DNA of 32,000 nucleotides from Candidatus Lokiarchaeum ossiferum (GTDB lineage Archaea > Asgardarchaeota > Lokiarchaeia > Sigyniarchaeales > Promethearchaeaceae): assembly GCA_025839675.1 (NCBI GenBank), contig CP104013.1, positions 2,400,001 to 2,432,000 on the forward strand. Direction: 5' to 3'. Below the pieces are notes generated by a model that had not been told where the DNA came from, did no database searches, and saw nothing but the letters and a program-made list of their open reading frames with translations. Positions 1 to 8,510 of the stretch are shown here, in pieces. Each line of letters begins with the position of its first letter. Position 1 is the stretch's first letter. A program made the translations under genes and the position numbers.

Positions 1-1
1 C

Positions 2-691
2 TTTGGCGATCCGCGTACTTGGAGCCTTCAATCGTTAGAAGCTCGAGGTATCCATCCTGATTCAGTTCGACAATCCTTAATTGATTTAGGAATGTCGAAT
101 CGAGGGATAGAATTTGATAAAAACTGGATTTATTCTTACAATACGAAAATAATTGATGCTAACTCCAATCGTTATTGGTTTGTTGAAAATCCAAAAGCCG
201 TGAAAATTTTGGATATTCCTATGGATAAATATGTTGCAAATCCTCTATTAAACCCTCAATTCCCCGAGAAAGGTACGCGCAACGTTCCAATGGGAATTAA
301 CAATCACCAATGTGATGTATTCATGGCTAGTGCAGATTTAGATGCAGTTATAAACCACAAAGGGAAGGTGTTATATCCAGCCATCACAGAAGGACAAGAT
401 ATTCGATTTAAAGATATGTTTAATGTTAAAATTGAGTCCATCGATGAAAATATTACTGCACGGTATCTTTCTTCCGATAAAATCCAAGGAATTCGAAAAA
501 TCCAAGTCGTTCCAGAGTTGAATAACATCCCGATCAAAATTTTACAACCGGATGGGATTGTGACTGAAGGCTTTGGGGAGTCAAATCTCCGCACATTAAA
601 ACCAGGAACCAGTGTTCAATTCGAACGGTATGGGTACGTAAAGTTACGGGACATCTCACCAAATAGTATTTATGGATATTTCACAAACTAA
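2..691 (+). CDS. gltX: Glutamyl-tRNA synthetase, archaeal/eukaryotic class I type, C-terminal part (5' end outside the window)
   Basis: The frame of ORF 92..691 stays open back to nt 2 (FGDPRTWSLQSLEARGIHPDSVRQSLIDLG...), resembling the DPR...RRRG segment of GluRS/GlnRS. The C-terminal anticodon-binding region (RYWFVENP..., ...VQFERYGYVKLRD) is typical of archaeal GluRS. Confidence 0.8.
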   Translation, partial: FGDPRTWSLQSLEARGIHPDSVRQSLIDLGMSNRGIEFDKNWIYSYNTKIIDANSNRYWFVENPKAVKILDIPMDKYVANPLLNPQFPEKGTRNVPMGINNHQCDVFMASADLDAVINHKGKVLYPAITEGQDIRFKDMFNVKIESIDENITARYLSSDKIQGIRKIQVVPELNNIPIKILQPDGIVTEGFGESNLRTLKPGTSVQFERYGYVKLRDISPNSIYGYFTN

Positions 692-705
692 TATTTTTTT
701 TTCTT

Positions 706-1323
706 ATGAATATTTTATTTTTTGTGTTATGCATCATATCAGCATTTAAATGGATTTTTTTACTCATTTACTTGGTATTAAAGATGGCAACAGCTCAAGA
801 AATTAGCTATGATGATTTAGAATTATCTGGATATAATGAATTACTTCCCGTCATTCCTCCCGAAATTGAGCACAATTGTATTGCTTGTTCTCCCACCAAT
901 CCTTATGGAATAAAAATGCGATTTTTTGGAAATAAAGCCAAAGGAGAAATTATTTCGCGCCTCATATTAAAGAAGAATTATTGTGGATTTCCCAACTTTA
1001 CCCATGGGGGGATTATCACATTGATTCTTGACGAATTGATGGCTCATTTACTATATTTATTATATGGTCGTTATGGAGTTACAAAATCAATAAAAGTTGA
1101 ATTTTTACGACCTGTATTGATAGGAAAACCCTTTTATGTACGGGCAGTCCTTGCAAAACCTATGGAAACGGAATTAACTCCCGATGGTCTTTCTGAAGTG
1201 GAAGTAAAATCATCCATTCATGCAGGTTTAAATGAAATGGGTAAAATTTGTGCATCAGCCCAAGCATCCATGGTGATTCTTCCCGATGAACGGTTTGAAT
1301 TGCTTTGGAAATCACAACAATAA
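706..1323 (+). CDS. PaaI/4HBT-type hotdog-fold thioesterase, possibly with an N-terminal membrane anchor
   Basis: CIACSPTNPYGIKMRFF followed by FPNFTHGGIITLILDELMA is the characteristic PaaI-family pattern. The first 26 aa are hydrophobic. An alternative start is ATG 784 (MATAQE...). Confidence 0.7.
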   Translation: MNILFFVLCIISAFKWIFLLIYLVLKMATAQEISYDDLELSGYNELLPVIPPEIEHNCIACSPTNPYGIKMRFFGNKAKGEIISRLILKKNYCGFPNFTHGGIITLILDELMAHLLYLLYGRYGVTKSIKVEFLRPVLIGKPFYVRAVLAKPMETELTPDGLSEVEVKSSIHAGLNEMGKICASAQASMVILPDERFELLWKSQQ

Positions 1324-1339
1324 CACTTAAAGAACTCGA

Positions 1340-2260
1340 ATGAAGAATCGAACATCATATTGCGCAGCAATTTTTTCATTATTGCTCTGGGGAACAACAT
1401 TTGCTCTTGCAAAAATGGTCACTCCTGATCCTTTAAACCCCTTTACCTTCATTGCTCTTCGCTCGTTCTTTGGGTTAATAGTATTGTTTTCCTTCCTAAT
1501 TCTTGCGAAACAAGTAGGTGAATGGTTTCGGGTATTTAAACGACATATCAAATCATTTCTCTTAATCGGCACATTGTTTTTTGCTGTAGCCTATCTATTA
1601 CAATTTTGGGCGTTGTCTATGACAACTGCATCCAATCAATCAATAATTTCAAATACTCAAGCCTTTTGGGTTGTTATATTCAATATCCTTTTCTTCAAAC
1701 AAAAGCCTTCGAAACGATTTATAATGGGACTGATGTTGGCGATGAGTGGCGTATTACTTATAATCATGAATACGGATATAAATATCTCTGGAAATACGAT
1801 CATTGGAGATTTACTCTCACTTCTTTCTTTCATATTCTGGGGTGGATATACGGCTTTCATAAAACCTATCACCACAGAAGAAAAACCGATTTATGTAACC
1901 ACCTCGATAATTTTTGTCGGAGCACTCATTATCATTCCCGCGTCATTATTTTATGGCGCTCCCGCAGAAATGGCACAATTATCCTTGTCTCAATGGGGAA
2001 TTGTGAGCTTTTTAGGGATATTTTGTGTGGGAGTCACTTATCTTTTATGGAATTATGCATTATCCAACAAAGAAATACGTTCTGAAAATATAGCCATCCT
2101 AACAGCTTTAAATCCCGTAATTGGAATCATAACCAGTGTTTTATGGTTGGGAGAAGTATTTTCCCTTCGGATGTTTATCGGATTCGTGTTAATCGTGATT
2201 GCACTCTTTGTATCAGAATATAATCCAAAAAAAGAAATCAAAAAAGGAAATGAAATTTAA
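1340..2260 (+). CDS. EamA/DMT-superfamily permease
   Basis: 306 aa with about 10 hydrophobic helices in two EamA-like halves (LLWGTTFALAKM..., FWGGYTAFIKP...). Confidence 0.8.
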   Translation: MKNRTSYCAAIFSLLLWGTTFALAKMVTPDPLNPFTFIALRSFFGLIVLFSFLILAKQVGEWFRVFKRHIKSFLLIGTLFFAVAYLLQFWALSMTTASNQSIISNTQAFWVVIFNILFFKQKPSKRFIMGLMLAMSGVLLIIMNTDINISGNTIIGDLLSLLSFIFWGGYTAFIKPITTEEKPIYVTTSIIFVGALIIIPASLFYGAPAEMAQLSLSQWGIVSFLGIFCVGVTYLLWNYALSNKEIRSENIAILTALNPVIGIITSVLWLGEVFSLRMFIGFVLIVIALFVSEYNPKKEIKKGNEI

Positions 2261-2279
2261 CTCACACCCAGTACATGTG

Positions 2280-3425
2280 TTATTTTTTTGCTTTATTCTT
2301 TCGTTTAATGTCGGATCTATTCGATTTAATTAACCAATGTAACTTTATATCCGCTTGCTCATCAAACATTACTTGATCTCCCAATACAGTATAACGTAGT
2401 GACACATTATCAATTTCTTGGGCTTTAGCAGGATATTTTTTCCGATAATTTGAAAAGTAATCATTTGTCAAAATCAACCCCTTTGTTCGCAAAGCAAAAT
2501 CGATGATAAACCAATCATCATCAGTGCGTTTTGGAGCTTGTTGGAAATTTTTTCGTCTTAAAACCTGTTCATATTTTTCAGGAGAGCAATCTATTAAATT
2601 ATGACGTAAACTCGCACTAAAAATCACGAAAATTTTATTTTCTGGAACTCCACTTTGAACTAAGGCATCAAATACGTTTAATACATCAGAAATTTTTGCT
2701 TTCTTTGATTGAGTGGTGGTACGCGCAATATTGCTTCCATCTAATACGATCGACTCATATTTCGCATATTTCATTGATTTGAAATCACTGGTAGATTTAA
2801 TTGCATTCAATTTTCGTTTTGTTTTACGCTTCTTTTTTCCATCAATCGGAGATGGAAAATCACCCTTCTGATGATGATGTTTATGATTATTTGAAGATAC
2901 TTGATTTTGAGAAGAGTTAAGACCAACTTTATCACTTTCTGAGATAAATTTTGGTTGAGATAATTCTTCCAATCTCTCCAGTTCCGATGAATCCAATAGC
3001 AATATATTGTCGGAGAAGATCGAGAAAACCAAATTCTGAACCACCATTGAGTTTTGAATTAAAATTGGAATGCTAATGATATCTCCAGATTTTATACGTT
3101 TTCCTTGAGCTGAAACTTCATGATTGTTCACAAAAGTAAGACAATGTTCATTTCGATCATAAATATAATATTTAACACTCTCATCGAGCAAAACTTTTCG
3201 CTCTATGATGAAATGCTCACGTAAACTGTGATTCTCATCTTGCATCTCAACTTCAGTTATGCAGCTGTAGTAGGATTCATTGGTTGTACCGTAGGCGTCT
3301 TCGCACAAATGTTTGATCTGTTCTCGACCTATGAAAATATAATGGTTTTGCGGTAAAGGGATAAAAGAAAGTCGTTCATATTTTTCATTAACTAAAAAGA
3401 GAAACACATTCATCCGATCACTCAC
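2280..3425 (-). CDS. FHA-like domain fused to a Zc3h12a/N4BP1-type NYN ribonuclease domain
   Basis: The C-terminal half matches the RNase_Zc3h12a NYN pattern (IVLDGSNIA...DDDWFIIDFALRTKGLILTNDYF...LRYTVLGDQVMF). The N-terminal half has degenerate FHA-like motifs (IFIGRE, SLREH, YIYDRNEHCLTFVNNHEV...IKSGDIISI). The linker is His- and Lys-rich (NNHKHHHQKG, GKKKRKTKRK). Confidence 0.7.
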   Translation of the reverse strand: MSDRMNVFLFLVNEKYERLSFIPLPQNHYIFIGREQIKHLCEDAYGTTNESYYSCITEVEMQDENHSLREHFIIERKVLLDESVKYYIYDRNEHCLTFVNNHEVSAQGKRIKSGDIISIPILIQNSMVVQNLVFSIFSDNILLLDSSELERLEELSQPKFISESDKVGLNSSQNQVSSNNHKHHHQKGDFPSPIDGKKKRKTKRKLNAIKSTSDFKSMKYAKYESIVLDGSNIARTTTQSKKAKISDVLNVFDALVQSGVPENKIFVIFSASLRHNLIDCSPEKYEQVLRRKNFQQAPKRTDDDWFIIDFALRTKGLILTNDYFSNYRKKYPAKAQEIDNVSLRYTVLGDQVMFDEQADIKLHWLIKSNRSDIKRKNKAKK

Positions 3426-3608
3426 CTATACCCCCAGTGAGAATAATTTTATTTTTACTCCATATAGAACTTTTTGTTTTTTTTTACCTTAGCAAGGGTA
3501 CAATACTTGATCTTTTTTTTGTAAATCAAAAGGTTTGCTTGAGTTATTCAATTTCACGGGAAAAAATTTAAGGGAAAGTTTATTTCCAAATAATAAGTGA
3601 TATTGAAC

Positions 3609-4280
3609 ATGAATGCTAATCCCCAAATGCCACAGATGAATCAACTGACAGATACGCAAAAAATTGAGATGCTGAAGACTGGAACAACCACTATCGGAAT
3701 TGTTTGTGATGGTGCTGTGATCCTCGCCACTGAAAGTCAAGCCACCGCCGGGTTTTTTGTTGCTACTAAGGAAGCTCAAAAATTATATCCAATAAACGAG
3801 TATGTAGGAGCAACTATGGCCGGAGGAGTTGCAGATTGTCAATATGTTATCGGTCAAGTCCAAGCGATCAGCCGTTTGGAACATATTCAGACCGGAAAGA
3901 TCCCCAAAGTAAAGAAAATTGCGAATATAATGCGAAACATCCTCTTCAATGGTAGAAGTTTCTTTTATGCATGGCACATTGTTGGGGGAGTAGAGGAAGA
4001 AGAAGGAAAATGGGTTGGTAAAATCTATCCGATCGATTTTATTGGTTATATGTCGGAAGGTGAACAATTTGCAAGCTTAGGATCAGGAAGTTCTTTTGCT
4101 TTAGGTGTGTTAGAAAATGGATATGAAGAAGGAATGTCAGAAGAAGAAGCCATTGCATTAGCGCGTAAAGCTTTAGATGCGTCACGTGCCCGTGATGCTG
4201 GATCGGGATATGCAGTTCAAATTGTGGTCATTAACAAAGATGGATTAAAAGCCATTGCTGGACCTTTAGCTGAGAAATAA
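3609..4280 (+). CDS. psmB: Proteasome beta subunit (propeptide plus Thr-protease core)
   Basis: LKTGTTTIGIVCDGAVILATESQATAG is the classic propeptide/active-site Thr junction, followed by GSGS and a conserved C-terminal region. The track ORF begins at GTG 3597. ATG 3609 has a GTGAT Shine-Dalgarno-like element 8 nt upstream. Confidence 0.9.
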   Translation: MNANPQMPQMNQLTDTQKIEMLKTGTTTIGIVCDGAVILATESQATAGFFVATKEAQKLYPINEYVGATMAGGVADCQYVIGQVQAISRLEHIQTGKIPKVKKIANIMRNILFNGRSFFYAWHIVGGVEEEEGKWVGKIYPIDFIGYMSEGEQFASLGSGSSFALGVLENGYEEGMSEEEAIALARKALDASRARDAGSGYAVQIVVINKDGLKAIAGPLAEK

Positions 4281-4362
4281 CTCGTTTTTCCATGTTTTTT
4301 CCACTTTTTCTGTAATTTTTACTTTTTATCATATTCTCGGAAACAAATTCTAAAGCCCAACT

Positions 4363-4767
4363 TTGCATATTTACGGGATATTGATTCTTCAAAGGAATTC
4401 AAAGGAATCATATTATGAATTCAATGAAGATGGAGACTATCTGGATCCTGTAGCAATCATTAGATGTATTTGTGATGAGGGAACGACACCCTACAATTCT
4501 GTAATTACAAATTCCAAGGGAATTTCCTATTGGTCTGGAGAAACGGCTCATTTAGGGGGAAGTAATTTAGTGGGAATTATTTCAAAATTTGCTAATGTAT
4601 TCATTGCGCTTGATGAAGTAGAACCTTCTGAAACGGATGAAGCATCCGCAGGAGATCTTTTTCAAAGGCTATTGAACCAAATTTGGACTGTTTCTGGCAT
4701 TATGGCATTAATTGGATTTCTTCTCGGAAGTCTGGTAGTGCTTATTGCAAAATCCAAAAAAAAGTAA
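4363..4767 (+). CDS. Hypothetical tail-anchored protein (single C-terminal TM helix followed by KSKKK)
   Basis: 134-aa ORF with a TTG start and no competing ORF. It has a soluble alpha/beta-looking N-terminal part of about 100 aa, an acidic linker, then IWTVSGIMALIGFLLGSLVVLIAKSKKK. Confidence 0.45.
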   Translation: MHIYGILILQRNSKESYYEFNEDGDYLDPVAIIRCICDEGTTPYNSVITNSKGISYWSGETAHLGGSNLVGIISKFANVFIALDEVEPSETDEASAGDLFQRLLNQIWTVSGIMALIGFLLGSLVVLIAKSKKK

Positions 4768-4890
4768 AATCTCTTGACACCAGATTCATTTTTTGATTTT
4801 GGTTAGTTTTTTCCATTTTCTTTTTTCCAAGTTATAAACACTCTTTCGTTAATGGAAATTGTACAAAAAGATTAGAGAAAAAAGAACTTT

Positions 4891-5793
4891 TTACTCCTTG
4901 ATTGAAGTATCGTGATAAATTTTCCTAACAGTTACTTTCTTTTGTCGGAAATCTTTTGCAAAATCACTAAGAGCTTGCCACCAAATTTCACCGTAACGAT
5001 CAACTATAACGTATTTCATCGATTCAATGATTTGAGGCATACCTAGTTCTTTTTTATGCTTTTCATCCGAACTAATGCAATCAACGTCAGCAAAAGTAAA
5101 AGTATCAAATTCATCCATGAAAGCCAGGGTTTTATCTTGAGGACGAATATCGATGGGAAAAGTAGTGCAAATGTTGAATTTCTTTTTGACCCAATCCATC
5201 CCATGTTCTACATAATACTTGTGGGTAGCACATAAACCATCTTTTGTAAGGAAAATGCAATGATTACTCGGAGGAAATTCAATTTCATTTTCTTCTTCGT
5301 AATCCTCACCATTTTCTTCTTCGTCATCCTCATCCTCACCATCCTCGTCATCCTCCTCCTCACCATCCTCGTCATCATCATCCCCACCATTTTCTTCCTC
5401 GTCATCTTCATCATCATAAATCCATTCTTCGGGGGAACATCGAGTTTTATACAAATCTTCTTCCTTGTCATAATCATCAGGAACAAAAATTTGATCTTTG
5501 GTCTTTTTCAAGAGATTAATGGCATCTTTTTGTAAAAATGATTTTATTTCAGGTAAGATTTTTTGCACTTCTTTGATTTCCTTGGGAGTAACATAACAGC
5601 CGGTATAGCAGCAAAATTGAGAACAATAGGCTTCTTTACCATCTTGGGAAATTATTTTTGGGATACAATCATAATGATAATCCATTAAACGTAGTTCAAC
5701 ATCAATTGTTTGTCCATCGGACGATTCAATGATGACCCAATCTTGACTATCTGAGGGTTTCGCAGTATACTTATCAGTACTTATTATTGCCAT
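4891..5793 (-). CDS. Cys-rich DUF3109/YkgJ-like putative metal-cluster protein with a large acidic insertion
   Basis: CSQFCCYTGCY... and HCIFLTKDGLCATH...KFNICTTFPIDIR resemble the CxxCC / C-x-FL...G-x-C...CxxYP-I-R pattern of the DUF3109/YkgJ family. Residues ~127-170 are almost pure D/E/G/N. Confidence 0.6.
   Translation of the reverse strand: MAIISTDKYTAKPSDSQDWVIIESSDGQTIDVELRLMDYHYDCIPKIISQDGKEAYCSQFCCYTGCYVTPKEIKEVQKILPEIKSFLQKDAINLLKKTKDQIFVPDDYDKEEDLYKTRCSPEEWIYDDEDDEEENGGDDDDEDGEEEDDEDGEDEDDEEENGEDYEEENEIEFPPSNHCIFLTKDGLCATHKYYVEHGMDWVKKKFNICTTFPIDIRPQDKTLAFMDEFDTFTFADVDCISSDEKHKKELGMPQIIESMKYVIVDRYGEIWWQALSDFAKDFRQKKVTVRKIYHDTSIKE
5284..5415 (-). repeat. Cryptic GAT/GAA/GAG-rich coding repeat encoding a poly-acidic stretch of about 44 aa
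   Basis: Encodes DDEDDEEENGGDDDDEDGEEEDDEDGEDEDDEEENGEDYEEENE. The plus strand shows a reiterated ctcaccatcctcgtcatc unit. The two antisense/alternate-frame ORFs in the track (5208..5486, 5260..5535) are artefacts of this repeat. Confidence 0.8.
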
Positions 5794-5828
5794 TACTTAG
5801 ATGTAAAAAATTTTTCATCGTTATTAAG

Positions 5829-6488
5829 ATGGATCTTTGTTGGAACTTTGGTATCATTTTTTTGTTATCCGTTCCTTTTCTAAACAGCATTATGAATTTT
5901 AAGATGAAAGCGGGATTCTTTGTATTAATTCATTTCATTGGGTTTTCTATCTTACTTCTTTTGTTTAACCTCTACTATCCAAATGTTGTATTTTTAAATG
6001 CAGATCTAACTTCATTGGATAAAGTTATTATCCGAACACTCGCAAGCTATTGCAATAATGAACTCAGAAAAGGGTTTTGGATTCAAATCATTAGTTGTTC
6101 CCTCTTTTTAGCTTGTCTCCTTTTGATTATTATTCTAAAATATCCAAACCAGCTTAAAAAATGTCTTTTTCAATGGGTTGGTGTTTATAGTATTCTTTTC
6201 TATTTATTCTGGGTTTTTTCTGTAAATCGCAGAGGAGAAACACATATCACCAATTTTCAAATCTCAAATCAATATCTCTTGCATGCATTAATATTTTTTG
6301 GGATTAATCTCGGAATATTTCTCCTATTTTTTGGGTTGCATATCATTCGAAGAAAATCGAAACAATTACCTGTCGAGAATACACATCTTCCCTCCACAGT
6401 CTTTAAATGTCCCTATTGCCATACGGAATATCTCTCAAATATCCAATTCTGTTCTGTATGTAATAAACTAATCCAACAGGAAAAGTAA
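5829..6488 (+). CDS. Multi-pass membrane protein with a C-terminal zinc ribbon
   Basis: About 6 hydrophobic helices, then CPYCHTEYLSNIQFCSVCNKL (CxxC-x11-CxxC). The track start is TTG 5787, overlapping the divergent gene. ATG 5829 (MDLCWNF) is preferred. Confidence 0.55.
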   Translation: MDLCWNFGIIFLLSVPFLNSIMNFKMKAGFFVLIHFIGFSILLLLFNLYYPNVVFLNADLTSLDKVIIRTLASYCNNELRKGFWIQIISCSLFLACLLLIIILKYPNQLKKCLFQWVGVYSILFYLFWVFSVNRRGETHITNFQISNQYLLHALIFFGINLGIFLLFFGLHIIRRKSKQLPVENTHLPSTVFKCPYCHTEYLSNIQFCSVCNKLIQQEK

Positions 6489-6680
6489 CTTAAAATTTCA
6501 CTTGGATTTACAAATTGAAACCCAAAAGTTTTTAAGTCGTCAATCCGAAATATCATTGCTAAAGCGAAGTAAGTAAACAACTCAATTGAAATTTGAGAAG
6601 TTTCTCGGCTCAATTTCCGAGAATATTACGCAGATATATATAAAATATATGTTTGAACTGAACCTTTACAAAAGGTATTG

Positions 6681-6711
6681 AATTGGGACAATTTCAGTCC
6701 CAATTTTTTTC
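6681..6711 (+). terminator. Perfect 9-bp stem hairpin followed by a T-run (terminator-like)
   Basis: AATTGGGAC-aatttca-GTCCCAATT, then TTTTTT. It lies about 190 nt downstream of the 5829..6488 stop codon, so it may end a long 3' UTR or an unannotated small transcript. Confidence 0.4.
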
Positions 6712-6774
6712 TTTATTTTTTACTAAATTTCCGCTCTATCTGCTTTATAATGGACATTATTTTTAACTTAATTA

Positions 6775-8193
6775 ATGCAAAATTCCAGTAAATCCTATTC
6801 TAGCCACAAAAAACTGCTGGATTCTACAAGAAAATCTCTAAAATTGAATAAAATATCAAAAACTTCTTCATCACTGAACAGACCAGAAATAAACCAAGAA
6901 AAAAACAAGCCAGATTTTCAGATTCCGCAATTTTTTTCTAAAGAATCTCTTCTTACCTTGAATATGGCGGTCCATGTCGAATCCATTTTTCAATATGCCC
7001 AAAATCAGGAAGAATTCCTCGAAATTTTATCCTCCGAATTTTGCCGAAATTCAAAATTGGATCTTTCAACTTTCTCGAGTGCTGGATCTCAGCCATTTTT
7101 AGAAAACAGGTGTATTCTCCCAATCACACCTTATACCCTTCCAAGTCTTAATGGAATTCGAATAGCTGCAGTTGATGGAGGCTTAGGGTTCCGTCAATTC
7201 ATGGGATTACAAATCACTTTAATCAAAGTAGCTGTAGTAATGTATGAATTCAAATCTTCCCAAAAAACAACAATTTATAACTTTCCCCCCCTTCACCGTG
7301 AAGAAAACTATTGTTTTTATTCTGATCAAGGAGCTTTTGAAGAAAATTCGGGTAAAATATTAGCCGGTTTAAGACGAACTATTTCAGAAAACTCGATGCT
7401 TTTGTCTTTTCTTAAAACCAACCCAGAAAAACCAGATATTGTTATTTTAGATGGAAGTTTAAATTTTCCTCCCTTACCTATCTCGGCTCATAATAAAAAA
7501 ACTATTTCCGAACACTATCAAACATGTGTCGAAAGTTTTATCCGATTATATCAATATTGCAATCAAAAGCGCATTAATCTTATCGGATCTATTAAAGATA
7601 CTCATTCCATAGCATTTCGTGATCTAATAAAGCGTTCCTTACCATTTTTTCTTTCAAAAATGAATTCAGCCCAACAATTAAAAAAAATTAGCTATCGAAA
7701 ATATCTTGACCAATTTTTCGATTCAACCCTCTTCTTCAAAATTCTCCAGCCTTTTGAACGGACAAGCATAATTGCAGCAGAGAGTACAACAATTCCAAAA
7801 AGTATTTCTAAAGCAACACCACTGAAATTTCCCTTGATGGCTTCCTATGTCCAATTATCATCTTTTGATATCCCATTACGCTTAGAATTTTTAGGATCTG
7901 AAGATCCTGCATCTTCCATTCAGAAATTTTCTAACCTTATACGAATTCTATATCCCCTCTCAAATATTAATCCTCAATGTACCTTACCCATTCCTCAATT
8001 AGAAGCCCATTTGCGAGCTCATTTACGCGAAGAAGAAATGGAAGTCATAGTACGACAGCTTAAAACACAATATCAGGTCAAAAAAAGCCAGTCGCTTTCA
8101 AAACAGTGGATCAATGAGAAATTTAGTCAAAAAAAGGCACATTTTTCAACCTTTTTAGATTCTCGTCATGATAGAATGGACAATTTGTTTTAA
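6775..8193 (+). CDS. nurA: NurA-domain 5'-3' nuclease-like protein with a Ser/Lys-rich N-terminal extension
   Basis: The NurA motif series is recognisable: IRIAAVDGG (motif I Asp), RRTISEN (Glu), IVILDGSLNFP (motif III Asp), LIGSIKDTHS (motif IV). The first ~60 aa are low complexity. An alternative start is MAVHVESIF. Confidence 0.6.
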   Translation: MQNSSKSYSSHKKLLDSTRKSLKLNKISKTSSSLNRPEINQEKNKPDFQIPQFFSKESLLTLNMAVHVESIFQYAQNQEEFLEILSSEFCRNSKLDLSTFSSAGSQPFLENRCILPITPYTLPSLNGIRIAAVDGGLGFRQFMGLQITLIKVAVVMYEFKSSQKTTIYNFPPLHREENYCFYSDQGAFEENSGKILAGLRRTISENSMLLSFLKTNPEKPDIVILDGSLNFPPLPISAHNKKTISEHYQTCVESFIRLYQYCNQKRINLIGSIKDTHSIAFRDLIKRSLPFFLSKMNSAQQLKKISYRKYLDQFFDSTLFFKILQPFERTSIIAAESTTIPKSISKATPLKFPLMASYVQLSSFDIPLRLEFLGSEDPASSIQKFSNLIRILYPLSNINPQCTLPIPQLEAHLRAHLREEEMEVIVRQLKTQYQVKKSQSLSKQWINEKFSQKKAHFSTFLDSRHDRMDNLF

Positions 8194-8510
8194 TTAGAGA
8201 TTAAAATAATAAGTTTTCCTAAAAAAATGCAGAAACAAAGAATTTTATAGGCAATTTTGTTTTTTTGTACTTGCCAAGAGGTTGTTATAGTTTTGTTTGA
8301 AGCGTATGGTTTTCATGGGATTCTCCCTAGCAATGACAAACAAGCTCTCTCTCTTGGTTCATAAACATTTAAGAATCAATGAACTTCATATTTTTTCATG
8401 TATAAACGTATGTCTAGCTATAGAAATTTTTTAAAGGTTTAATAGCTAACTAAGATCAAATACAAAGATGTAATTACTTTGTGTTCATAAAAAAATAGAC
8501 GTATAAAACC

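Noticed and set aside
304-4067. Miscellaneous overlapping ORFs (304..594 -, 1218..1412 -, 1327..1572 -, 1606..2085 +, 1657..1875 -, 2053..2241 -, 3489..3779 -, 3783..4067 -)
   Set aside because: Each is embedded in or antisense to a CDS with clear family motifs (GluRS, thioesterase, EamA permease, proteasome beta). They have low-complexity translations typical of AT-rich shadow frames.
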